Shown here piece by piece: positions 12,851-25,913 of a stretch of DNA of 64,000 nt. The DNA is taken from the NCBI GenBank assembly GCA_036630325.1, contig CP142732.1, positions 1 to 64,000 on the forward strand. Direction: 5' to 3'. The stretch comes from Vairimorpha necatrix. Its lineage: Eukaryota. Numbering within the stretch: position 1 is the first letter of the stretch; each line of letters opens with the position of its first letter. The notes under the pieces are model-generated. The model had not been told where the DNA came from. It was given only the letters and a program-made list of their open reading frames with translations, and did no database searches. The position numbers and the translations under genes are program-made.

Positions 12851-15800
12851 ATTATATTTGATAGTTTAACCTATTTTTTATTTTATATAACACAAAAATA
12901 TTAGTATTAATATTATATTATATTTTTATTCAAATGTATATATATATCTTCTTTATTATACTCTATAAACTATTTTATTTAAATTTTTAATATATTATTT
13001 TTGATTACTCATAATATGTTTAAATATTATTTTTTAAATATTTTTCTTAAATGAAGATAATTTCAGATCCCAAAATATATAAACTTAAATATTACAAAAA
13101 GATTAGTTTCATTTATTATAATAGACAAGATTAATATGAACCTAGCATCGATAAAAAAATATTAGAATTCTACAATGCTTGATCTGATGATTAATTCCTT
13201 CATTATTATTAATTGTATTATAATCCGTTGTTTTAATTATCTTTATCTCTAAAAAAGTAAAAATCATTACAAACAACCAAAATTACTACACACCTTTTTT
13301 ACATGGCCAACATGTTTTTTCTAAATATATTTTTATTTATACTAAACTCTAGATTTTTACTGATATATATATAAAATAATCATTCTTATTTATTTAAAGA
13401 AATTTATATCATATATACGTTTTTATAATATTTTTATTTATTAAACTCATTTAATTATTTATTTTAATAGAATGACAGTCTATAATCAGGCATTTATATA
13501 AGGTTCTTCTTATTAACTTTTATTTGAAATATTTTGTTCTATTGATTCATCTTAATTTTAACTGTAAACAGTTTATATGATAATTTAGTATCTATTTATT
13601 ACTAATATATTATCTGAAGTTGAATGTTAACTAATAAAGACTTTCAAAGCTGATTTTAAACTTTGTCTGAATCAGTGTCAGTATATACTTTAAATGACAG
13701 ATATGTAATTGCAATCAATTACCGTATGCACAAACTTTCAAATTTTATTATATGCTAAATTTCTTATCTAATAAATTCGCTTTTCGATTTTATTAAATTT
13801 TTCGTAAATGTTAATGATCCTTCAAATGATAATATTTCTAGACATTCTCTTCTTTTTTCATAATATTACTCTCTTCTTAATTTTTATTTTTTTCCATGTA
13901 AGATAAGAGAGAACCATTACATAGAATTTTGTTAACAATGAGTTTGTTCTCATACGTTTAGTGTAGGTAGTTTTTTTTTTTTAATTTTAATTCTCATACC
14001 AATCACAGAAAGTACATATTGTATAATTTTTTTGTTTCAGAACTTATGTTTTTATCTATCTTTATATTACATCGTCAAGATTCACTGCTGATAAAAAATT
14101 AAGATTTAAATAAATTCTAAATTGCAAAACCATACATAATTAACTTACACGAATGTCACTTAGTATTACATGAATCTTTTACGCGACTTCTAACATTACT
14201 AAAATTCGATCCTGCTTTCTACGAACTTCTTTGACCACCAATTATATAAATTTTGGAAAATGGGGATATAGAATCGTAATAAAAGAAAAAAAGATGATCC
14301 TAGATAAATTCTTTAGACGGCAATTCACCATTTACAAATTCCATTAAACACTGCATCAGTAATGTTTTTTTAAAAAAACTGACCTCTTTCTAAAAACACG
14401 GTCGATGTAAACATCAATTTTATTTCTAGTAAAGTTTTATTTTTTCATTTTTTAAAGCTCAGTGTTACATAAAACTTTTTTATGATTATCAAAAAGAACT
14501 TTGTCGTGGGGGGAACAAAAAAGTTTTTTCAAAAAAAGTAAATCTTAATAGTCATTATGGAAAAGGCTTAGTTACAATGTTTTTTTCTAGCGACGTTAAT
14601 CTTAAAGGTAAAGGACTGGGCATGCATTTTATATCTCATAAATATTTTCAAAATGTTCTACATATTTAGTGTCTACTACAAAAAATATAATTTTAAAATT
14701 AAATATTAAAAGCTACTTTATACAAAATTACTTATTATTTTTTATACAATAATCATCTCTAATTTATATATAGAACTTTCGATTTCAGTTTATTAATACT
14801 CTATATGTAAATTTTCCTTATATTACACTATTGATTATAAAATTGTTTTAAAAAACGGTTTGTTATTTTGTTTTAAACTTAATATTTTTTTATCCACTCT
14901 ATATGTATTGGTGATGCAAGTTTTCTATTCAAATTTATTAACTTAAAAATTTCTACATAGATAGTTTTATACTATAATGCAAGTTGTTTTTGATTTTTAC
15001 GAGTGTGTTAGATTTGCATCATTTTGATCCTTGTATTATATTTTTATTGTAGATACGTTTCTTGTCATTTCAAATAATAATTAAAAAATATAAATACTTG
15101 AATTATTATATTTAACATGATGCATTTTTTAACTAAGAATTTATCTTATTTTTGATTTTACACAGATACATTGAATCATGCGGCTTAACATAAAATTCTA
15201 AACTTATAACAAGTTGATTATATTAATTCGACATGAATTATATGTATTAAGCGTATTTCATATATAGGTTTTATAAGGTAATTTTCATATTTATTTCGGG
15301 GCAAGATTTTATCTACAACTGATATTTATTAAAAGATTACATTTATATTTAAAAATCAGAAATACCTTAGCAACACAAAATTCATAAAGTTTATCAAATG
15401 TGTAACCTTATGTTTTGTTATACGATAGAAGACTAGGTTAGGATTTACGGAACAAAAAAAACAATGACAGTATTACTAATTTAGTAATGATATATTTGAT
15501 CCTTGGCCTTTATACGAGGAATGTAAACCACTGATTCATCTAAAATAAATATTGGACTGTTTCTCCAAAGAAATTTATTCTTTTATTTTTTAAATATTAA
15601 TTTCTCGCATATATATATTTTCGCCCTAAATATTATAAATGGCTTGAACTTAAAATCAAAATTGTTTTTGTAAGAAACGACATTTCGATAATCTCTCTTA
15701 AAAGGATTTGTTTTTCTGCCAAATTAAAATTGTGTACGGAATTTGGTTTTAGAAATTAGAAATAAGGAACAAACGAGTTAATTTGTTTCATGCATACTTT

Positions 15801-17869
15801 ATTTTTTGTCTAATTATTTTTAAAGTAACTTATAATGTGAATATAATGTCCTTTTACTTTTTTTTATAGAACATAAATAAAATATGTGCATTTTTAATAA
15901 AAATTTAATTTGCAACCAAATCAATCCCAGAAAGATGCAGTCAAAATTTATGTCTGCAATTATTAAATCCATGTATAATATCTAATGTGAACAATAAATT
16001 TGATCTAGTGTACAGTTTTATAACTATTTTTAGATCTGTAATCTTTTTATTTGTTTTCTTTTCTATTATATACATCATCTTATCTGTTTGAATTATGTAT
16101 GATTTAGATGGTCTAATTATTTGCAAACAGAAAGTATATCTATCAGGGGGTGAAATTCAAAAATATACCAATTCAATTGTTTTAAAGATATGTTATATTT
16201 AAATGATCATTCACCCCATCTTATGAAAAATATTTTCATCTCTGAAATATTCAAAAAATATAGTATCCCAAAATGAATTTTTTCCATTTTTAAGATTATA
16301 TAATTTTACAATAAAATGTTTACGTAATGAAATCTAAACATATCAAATATTAATTTGCGGAATTATATCACTTTATTGTATATATGTTGTAAAAAATGAT
16401 TTTATTTATATTCAAATGCACAAATAATTATAATATCGTGTTTCTGACTTTATATTTCCTTTATTTTTCAACTTTTGTTCATTTTACTATCTTAAATAAC
16501 TGATTATTTGTCTTCTATTTTTGGTTTTGTAAGTCAAAATTACTATATCAGTCCTATAGAATAAAGTTAATAGTATATTCATACTGACTTTCTATTCTTA
16601 GAGGATAAATGAAACGTGAATTTTATTTTTTAATTTTCTCTAATTTTGTTTTTAGATTTTAACTATTATATTGCCAAAGAGAACAATTATTTAATTGAAT
16701 ACAATACTTAATTTTTATCAATTGGGTTCTTAATAATTTGTTTATTATTTTTACATAGGGAATATTTTTTCTTTATTAATTAATCGAAATTATCATAACT
16801 CAGAAACTTAAAATTATCTTATGTTATATTATTAAAATACGTTTTTGTTCATTATGTTAAGTCTGTACGAATAAAATATATGATGTAATTGATTCGGTGT
16901 ATTTCATTCTTTTATAGATAGATACATATGATTGTTGCAATAAATATGAACTTATAACCATGATTTTTATATCTTAGAATATTATGTATATTTATATTAA
17001 GCACTTGCCATGTTTATAATATCTACACGTATCTTAGTAAAAATTTATAAATTTTGTTGGCATTTTGAATTTCTAGTATCATTTAATTTTTATTTTATTT
17101 TATATATAGACTTCGAGGCTGATTTACGCCCTAAAGAAGGAATATTGTTGTTTTCTTTAATGTGTTCATTTTTTCTGCGCTTTTCGATCCTTAATGTTTA
17201 ATTTTTCTTAGTCTTTCACTAAAAGTTTCTTGTTTAAGTAAAATGCTAATGACTAATTGGAGATATTTAAAACACAAGAAACATTTGTTGAAAAAATCTT
17301 TATATGTCAACATTACATATATATATACCTGCTCATTTTGCCAAGTAAAGTCAATGATTTCTTATGTCTAACTATGTGCCAGTCAATAATGGCTAATACT
17401 CAGGGCAGGGCACGTCTCAGTATGCAAATGACTCGTCACATATAGATTATTCAATTATGTAGTATTAATGGAAATCTGTTTAAAATAAAAATTTCTTGAA
17501 TCATCTAGTTCGGTTGTTTAGATAAATATCTCCAAAACAATGTATTTAACAGTGTTTGTTGAATAAACGATTAAACTAATTTTTTATGTTTCTCTAGTAT
17601 ATATACTAACTTTACTTTTTTTGCAAGCGATAGATATAATTATAATTTTTCAATCGCAAAAAATAATAAGTCTACTTTTAAAGTTTTGTGCTTACAATAC
17701 TGTTTATTCTGAATTTTAATAATAGATTATTTTCGTCTTGTCGATATTATTATCTCCTTCTTAAATATGTATATACATATACAAATACATCTCTTCTTAA
17801 TAATTAATTTGTCGTTTAAAATGTCAAGAATAATTACTTTCAAGCCTTCAAAATATAGCTAAGTTCTTT

Positions 17870-18350
17870 TGTAATGAATTATTTTGGGGTGATTACTTTC
17901 CTCAGTTAATTATCATGATTTTCTTCTTCATCTTATTACATTTGTATATATATTGTCAAGTTTGGAAAATCTAAAATTTAAATCTCTTAAATTAGAAATT
18001 ATTGCATTTTAGACTAATTATTTTTTCATAATTTTCTTTTCTGTCTTATTGTATATGTATATATATATATAAAATTTTCCTCATTTAAATATGAAAATTT
18101 CAAAACTCTAAAATTGGAAATTATGACATTTTAGACAAATATTTTTTCATGATTTTTAACAACTTCAAATTTTTTATAAATGTGTATAAATTCTTTTCAT
18201 CAATGAAAAAAACAAATCAAAATTATGTCATTTTAGATATTTTATTTTACCATGATTTTATTCTTATTTTTGATGTTTGAATATATATACTTGTCATCCT
18301 TGAATAATTAAAAATTTAAAAGTTCAAAAAACATAATTTTGACTTATAGC
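17870..18350. repeat. Degenerate tandem repeat, ~100-120 bp period
   Basis: Recurrent cattttaga...atttttt(c)atgatttt units near 18005, 18127 and 18229. Confidence 0.5.
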
Positions 18351-19046
18351 CATTATTTAAAGTAAAATTTCGTATTCTTGGCGAGTAGGAGAGAAGATGA
18401 AATCTTATACATGAACTCAAAAGCAATTGAGTTAACAATACAATTGATATAGGGTATTATTATTCACTTAACTTCTACCAAATACTTGCGCTTCACTATC
18501 TCCGACGTAACCATTTTTTTTTAATTAAGAATATTTTTATATACAAGCCTCTAATCGCATCATTAAATCAATAAATATATTAAAATAAAGGTTTTAAAAC
18601 CTCTGTATAGATTTATCAGATTAATATAATGTCTATATAAAAATAAATCATCTAGAATTCAGATGGCCCTTTCTCTTACACAGAACACTAAAAGCAAACT
18701 TATTAAACTTCTTTGTCTTTAATAAAATAATTGAACAGATCTCCATCTTATACTATATCTTGTTTGTATAATAATCAACTTCATAAATTTCTACATCAAG
18801 AGGGCCATAATCAACTTTTAGATCCCTATAGAATATACAGCCATGGTATTTTGAAACACAGAAAAACAAATTATATGTAATAAGAATTTAAAGTGTGAAT
18901 ATATTTCAGAAATTACTAATCAATTCATTTCAAGAATTATTTTCATAATATTTGTTTAGTCTATCAATTTTGAAATATTATATTTAGTGACGTCTGTATG
19001 CCCAACAGCATCTATTTCTACACAGCGAATATAAATTTTAATTTTA

Positions 19047-19116
19047 TTGCCATTGGGAATCGAACCTTGGACCTTCGATATCCCAAATCAAGGTGCAATC
19101 ATTCTGCCAAGCACAC
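19047..19116 (-). pseudogene. Degenerate tRNA(Pro)-like sequence or tRNA-derived SINE head
   Basis: Minus strand has an A box (TGGCAGAATG), an anticodon arm ttgat-TTGGGAT-atcga, variable loop AGGTC and a B box (GGTTCGATTCC). Acceptor and T stems pair poorly. Confidence 0.6.
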
Positions 19117-19852
19117 GTATTTTAATTTTGGTTATCGTTTAAGAAAACCAATTATATTTTTAACTTCCTTTAATTTTAGTTTTCTTTCTATGCACAAAGA
19201 AACATTTCATATTAGTCAGATTGAAAATAATTAAGCGATTTAACTAAATAATAGAATAATTTACAATATTAGTTTTATGCTTTCTTATATAAAATTTTCT
19301 TTGATCTGAATATACCTTTCTATTATATATATACTTGTTATACTAAAAAATAATATACACTTTACACGGCAAAAAAGAGTATATATTCTATATTATATAC
19401 AAAATACTTTCATATGTGACCGCACAATTTAAGATTTACTGGCATCGTATTTCAATTTCTCCATTATATCTGGCAATTTTGTTATTCTTATTTTCCATAC
19501 CCTCTAAAGTAAATTTTTTTAAATAATTTTTTCAACAAGTTAAAACTGTCATTTGTAAGAATATGATTAATATATATTTGATCTGCTACAACTATATATG
19601 AACTACATTCTTTTAATAATTTCGAATACAAAATTATAAAAACATATTTATGTGATTTAACTAATATTCTTTATTGAGATTTTGTTTTTCTTAGATACTG
19701 TGATGTACATTACTACAACACATGGACAGATGTCAAAAATATGTCAACCGTTTTGAAAGGCATGTCAAGTTGGGTCACACAATCAAACGAAAGTTCCATG
19801 GTCGTTACTACATTCGTAAGTACGCCAATGTTTGTGTTTAGTGTTGACAACA

Positions 19853-20180
19853 TATAAAAGATTTATTGAGTAAATTTATCATTAAAGTTAGATTGTTCAG
19901 TTTTCCTCGGTATCGCTCACTAGATTCGGCTCTTCATAGACTTTGGTTTCTGTGGAATAATTTATGTTTTTCAACTCCAAATTTTTAGCTTCATTCTCCT
20001 ATACCGACATCGCTTGTTCAACAGTCGCCATATTCGCTAGTGCGCTTACAGCTCTAGTTACTTCTTCTTCTTCTGCATAATCTTTATCGTATCTTGTTCG
20101 TCGTTCCAAAGAGATGGACTCTGAGATTTTCTTTATCACATTAGACTGAATGTATGCTTCCAGAAATGTTTAGATTTCTG
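19853..20180 (-). mobile_element. 3' fragment of RLE-type non-LTR retrotransposon (family 1)
   Basis: Reverse complement aligns with 27635-27967 (LEAYIQS...ALANMATV, ctcaataaatctttta tail). Confidence 0.9.
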
Positions 20181-20802
20181 AAGAATGCAAATAAGATCTT
20201 AAAATATTAATATATATGTACACAATAATAATATAATTTAGAAATAATGAATTCCTAATCTTTTTAAATTTTACAACTGTAACTATTATTTTGTAAAAAA
20301 TATTTTATTTTGACATTACGATTGATTTTTAGTAAAAATTTAATTAAATTTTGAATTTCTTCAAAAAATGTCAAGAGAATTTAAAAAATTTTGAGGCCGT
20401 ATTGTATTTCAAAAAATACCATCTGATCATCTTTTTAATTGAGTTGTTACTCTATAGACAAAGAAAAATTAATAATAAATTTCAAATAAAGATCATTGAA
20501 TAAAGAGTAATTAACATATTTGTTTAGTTTTTGATTGTATATTTTTAATTAATTTATAACAAAAATTTGTTTTATTTTTGCTATTAAATCCTTTAAATTC
20601 AAAATCTACGCTCTTTTCTATATTTTGTTTATTTTAAATTTCCCTCCTAAAATATTAAATAAAATTTTTTTGTTTATGGGCAATGAGAAATCAAAGATTG
20701 GATTGGTGCAATAAAGAGATAAGACAAGTTTGGAATGACAATGAAGTTTTGTGAAATTAATACTACTATAAATAGAGTATTATACAATATCACATCACAA
20801 TA

Positions 20803-21108
20803 CAGTCAATTTTTTGTCTGATAGTGTAATAATCTCTATAGTTTATGCTCATGATCTTCTATCAACAAATGATTATTATACGAATTATATACTTCAGAAA
20901 TTTGAGTACCGTTAGTTATACCAACTTCAATGGACAAGACCTTATAGCGCTTGCGCATCCCACGTGTCGCGAGAAGTTGAAAAGTTGGAATACAGATGTA
21001 TACTCAAATTTCCGAAGTATTAAATTGTATAAAAATCATTAGCTGATAAATAAGATCATGAGCATAAAGTAAAAAAAAATTACATTAACAGTGAAAAAAC
21101 ACGGGCTG
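20803..21108. mobile_element. MITE-like element with long imperfect TIRs and a GC-rich core
   Basis: tttatgctcatgatctt...tacttcagaaatttgagta (20842-20908) is inverted at 21001-21068. Weaker inverted match extends out to CAG...CTG ends. Paralog at 53870-54173. Confidence 0.7.
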
Positions 21109-21902
21109 TCACAAGAATTGTAATCGCAGCTTTTTACTATAATTATAAAAAAGCTCTTCCGCTACATGTGCTTTACTTAAATTTAGTTATATAATCTATT
21201 GATAAACATAAGGTTTCTCCGGTCATATATTTTTAGTCCGTAGAAAATAATGATTTTAATAATCGCATTTATACCTAATTATTGCCAATCAAACATAAGT
21301 ATGATTATTACATAATCATTGTGATGAATGTATGCGAAAACTTCTATAGATATAAGTTTAGCATTATCTGAATAAATAATTCAATTATTAAAAGGGATAT
21401 TAGAATTAAGATCAAATTATAAATATTAGACTATTTAGAAACAGTTTTACGTAGAATAAAGGTGCAATTTTAGACATTTCGAGTATTTTAATAATCCTAC
21501 TTACTAATATTATTCATAGAACATCAGTCTGATGAATTTGATACATAACATTGAATTGTGTGATATGTAAAAACAAGAATATTTTGATGATTATTCTAGT
21601 ATTTAATTAATGATTATAAGAATTTAAAAAGATAATTTATGAAAACTTTTAAAATGCTTAATATTTTATGTGTCCCTTCCATATACTGATATAAATAAAT
21701 GATAAAATTCAAAACGATATCATATTAAGTGTTATAACACTATACGATTAACAATGAATATTTTTAATTAAGAAGTATGCATAAATATCCCTAATTCTCA
21801 ATTTGCTCTTAATTTAAAACAGATGTATAAGGATAAAATTTTAGAAATATCGAAAACAAAATATTAAACAAAAAAGTATTTTATATATACAATAGAAATT
21901 GT

Positions 21903-23198
21903 GGCGCTACTTAAAAATTCGCACCCCCTAAAAAATACGTTCACTGAAAAAAAATTATTTTGTATAAAATGAGATAAAATCAAATTTTAAAGGATTTTTT
22001 TTCCGGGGGGTGCGAATTTTTAAGTAATGGTATTTTGAACGTGAAATTTTTTTATTTTATCTATCCCTTATAATGAACAGGATGATGGACGAAATGCTTC
22101 AATTCAATCCATACAATACTATTTTCACTGATAATGACAGGGCAATCGACTACGGATTGAAGAACAACTTATTATATCCTTGTATTCCCTGTACTAATGA
22201 TCAGTGCAAAGGAATTATGTTTATTCAAAACATGTCTTTGTTTTCTCAAGGAAGGGGTACAAATGTAGCAAAAAAATTTGTAAACGAAGATGTTCATTAA
22301 ATAAAGGTTCTAAATTTGAATCTTTAGATATTGAATTTAAAAAAATTCTTCGTTGCATTTATTGTTGGTGTTTGTCATAAACTAATTTTCAGGCCATCAA
22401 CATGTGTGAAACTTCTGAACCAACATATATTTCTGTAAAAGAAATAATAATGGAAACAATTTCCAAGTGTTCTACTGTTGTTACAATTATAGATGGAGTT
22501 GATCAGAGGATACAAATAGACGAAACAGCTATTTGTAATGGAATTCTAGTATCGAATCCGTCTAGTCGATTGGATTCTGAACCTGGAATTCAGTGGATAA
22601 TAGGAGGTGTGTTGGAAGGAAATTTTAGAGAGTTTTTTGTGGAACTAATACCCAATAGAAAATGGGAAACGATTTTACTAGTATTAAAAATCTATGTAAA
22701 AGTAGGCACGGATATAGTAACTGATGGTTATCCATCCTATCCACGTGCTATAAGTGAATTTGGTTCTCACCATAGTGTGGTAAATCACTCTATGGGATTT
22801 TGTAATGAAGAAGGACAAAATACAAATTATGTAGAAAATATGTGGTCGCATCTTAAGCATGATTATAGAAAGCGTGGAGGAATAAATAAAATAAGAATTA
22901 AATGTTGGTTAAATGAGTTTAAATGATAAAAAGAAAATATAGAATATTCAAAACCATTTACAATCAAATTAGCCTTCGTAAAAATAATTGATATTTTTTC
23001 TATGTTAAAGTAATTAAATTTTTGAACTAAATAATATGTTATAACTGTTTTTTTAAATAATTTAACTTTTGTAAATTCATATTTTCATAAAAATATTGTT
23101 TTAAATATAATTTTAAGGGTTAAAAATATTTTTTTTTATATAAATTTAATTGGTCAATGTAATTTTTTTCAGGGGGGTGCGAATTTTTAAGTAGCGCC
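21903..23198 (+). mobile_element. Merlin (IS1016/IS1595-like) DNA transposon 1
   Basis: TIR ggcgctacttaaaaattcgcacccc at both ends; 8-bp TSD gaaattgt at 21895-21902 and 23199-23206; empty site at 54948-54955. Confidence 0.95.
22073..22926 (+). pseudogene. Merlin DDE transposase, disrupted by a frameshift and a stop
   Basis: QIDET, IVTDGYPSY, VVNHS and NTNYVENMWSHLK motifs; N-terminal Cys-rich part in ORF 22073-22300. Confidence 0.9.
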
Positions 23199-23619
23199 GA
23201 AATTGTTATTAATGAGGTTTCTATATAAAAGATAAACAAAAAATATTAGTACAAAATGTTGAGTTCTTTTTATTTTTTTTTTTGATCTACTACTAGTTTA
23301 ACGAGTAAATATTATACGATCAGATATAAAATATTTTCTCTAATAAAGATACTAACATAACAATCAGATATATATATATATTTTTTTTAATTGAAGGTGG
23401 TCTAATCATTTCTTGAACATATTTGCCAATATTATCATATATTAAAAGTAAGTTTTTCTAAAAATATACTCTATTAAAAGTAATTTTGATCTCGTAAAAT
23501 CATGAGACATCTTAAGATCAAGTTGTTATAACTAATTTTATAATATTTTGTATTGGATCGTAAAATTCTATGTTATACTACCATAAATATCGTTGGGATA
23601 TTGTTATATTTCGACATAA

Positions 23620-23808
23620 AAAAATAAATGATCTTAATACGGGTATGCTTATTGTAATTTATATTTATAGTTTAACAAGGATAGGTTCCGCGTTAGCGTC
23701 TCCTGCTTGTAGGTTGCTTCTTATCTTCAAAGTTTTTCCACATCAGCTTCGTATTCTCTCCTTCATTAGTCCAGAGAAATGCTTTTTAGCGTGATCATCT
23801 GGATGTTA
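23620..23808 (-). mobile_element. 3' fragment of RLE-type non-LTR retrotransposon (family 2)
   Basis: Aligns with 31560-31730 (gttagcgtctcctg, gtccagagaaatgcttt, atcatctggatgt). Confidence 0.8.
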
Positions 23809-24630
23809 TTTAGACATAACATATTTTTTATAAATATGACAATTCTTATTCAAGCTTATTTTTTTAGAAATTCTCATTAAATTATGCAAAAAATTATACA
23901 ATTATAAAATATAATTACATGATTTTAAAAGATCTTATTTATTTGAAATATGTCAATTTCTTTATTCTTATTTTCCATGCCCTCTCTTGGAAATTTTTTT
24001 AAATACTTTTTGTAGCCAATTAAATCTGCCACTTTGTAAGAATATGATTGATCAGTATTTGATTGGCTACGATAATATCTACATTTTTGTATGAAAATTA
24101 TAGTTTTTAGATAATTTCAATGTTAAATTTATACATACGTACTTATGAGATTTGCTATTATTCTTAATAGAAATTGTGTTTATTCTCAATACATTTATAT
24201 AATCGCTCCCTTTGTATTAAATGAATAAAATATAAAATCTTCATGGTATTTAAATTTCGTTTTATATTATATTAAAGTGTTGTATTTTTATACAGTATTG
24301 TTTTCAAATGGGGTATTAGTTGTTTTTTATCCACAATTATATTCGTTCTAATGTATCTCGATGTATTCCAATAATAAGAATTCATCTTTAAATTCAAAAA
24401 ATCTTTGTTATTACTTTATACACAAATTATATTCTGATTTGTTTAATTCAAAATCTATTTATTCTATGTGTTGATACTGGCAATAATTATATAAATAAAT
24501 GTTTTATTACATAACAATACTTATATAATATTTGTTACCATATAGAAAGTTCTATTATTTCAATACAATAAATTTCACTGCACTAATATTTATGTATATT
24601 GTTCTTGATTTTTAAGTTTTTTATTTTGTA

Positions 24631-24661
<31 letters not shown>

Positions 24662-25827
24662 GCAGATAGATACCCTTTAAAAAAATTAAAATCATGTATA
24701 TAATAAAGTTTTTAATTAATAAAAAAAACTTCACAATCTACTTACATATATACATATGTTATTTTCACTAGTTTTTATGAGATGTCAATTTCTCCTTTTT
24801 TCGTGTTCATTATCTCTCTCATGAACAAATATACATAGAGACTTTCCATTAGCCAAAAAAATTAGAAATATTGCTGATACTTAAAGACTTGTATATATAT
24901 TTAGATGTAATTGTAATAAAAAAAGAGATTGTTTCTGGGAGTTTTTAAAATATTTAATCCTTATAATAAGATTTTTTACCAATTAGTATTCATTTTCAAT
25001 TTTATTCTTATGTTAGAATGTTAAATCGTAAAACAACCACGTTTACGCAAGAAACTTTTAGAATCATTCTGTTTATAAATCTATATAAGAAAGACATACT
25101 TTGATTCACTTAAAGAAAAAATGAAATATAATAAACTAATAAGTACGCATCTATATACACAAAAAGTACTTGTATAACAATAATATGAATTTATATGTAG
25201 TCTGAGATGTTCTTAATTTTCTTCATATTTTTCAAGATTTGTCTTCTTATATATGTATACAAGAAAGAGATGGAAAAATGGCAAATTTCATAAAGCTTTA
25301 AAAACAAATAAAGAATGTTGAAAAGTACTTGTAAAACAATAATATGAATTTATATGTAGTCTTAGATGTTCTTAATTTTCTTCATATTTTTCAAGATTTG
25401 TCTTCTTTTATATGTATACAAGAAAGAGATGGAAAAATGGCAAATTTCATAAAGCTTTAAAAACAAATAAAGAATGTTGAAAAATACTTGTAAAACAATA
25501 ATATGAATTTATATGTAGTCTTAGATGTTCTTAATTTTCTTCATATTTTTCAAGATTTGTCTTCTTTTATATGTATACAAGAAAGAGATGGAAAAATGGC
25601 AAATTTCATAAAGCTTTAAAAACAAATAAAGAATGTTGAAAAATACTTGTAAAACAATAATATGAATTTATATGTAGTCTTGGATGTTCTTAATTTTTTC
25701 ATATTTTGCAAGATTTGTCTTCTTATATATATATACAAGAAGGAGATGGAAAATGGCAAATTTCATAAATGCTTTAAAACAAAAAAAGATACAAAAAAGT
25801 ACTTATATAACTAATATATGAATTTAT

Positions 25828-25877
25828 ATGCATTTTCAGCTGTTCTTATTTTTTTCATATTTTGCAAGATTTGTCTT

Positions 25878-25913
<36 letters not shown>

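Larger units (their letters stand above)
2857..23605. repeat. Subtelomeric segmental duplication, copy A (distal)
   Basis: Colinear with 32807-~55395, starting at acacgtaa next to the telomere repeats. Roughly 85-90% identity by eye, with near-identical patches. Confidence 0.95.

Noticed and set aside
15941-16126. 61-aa ORF identical in both duplicates, as a conserved gene
   Set aside because: TTG start, no CCC motif, and it lies inside a tract where non-coding DNA is equally identical.
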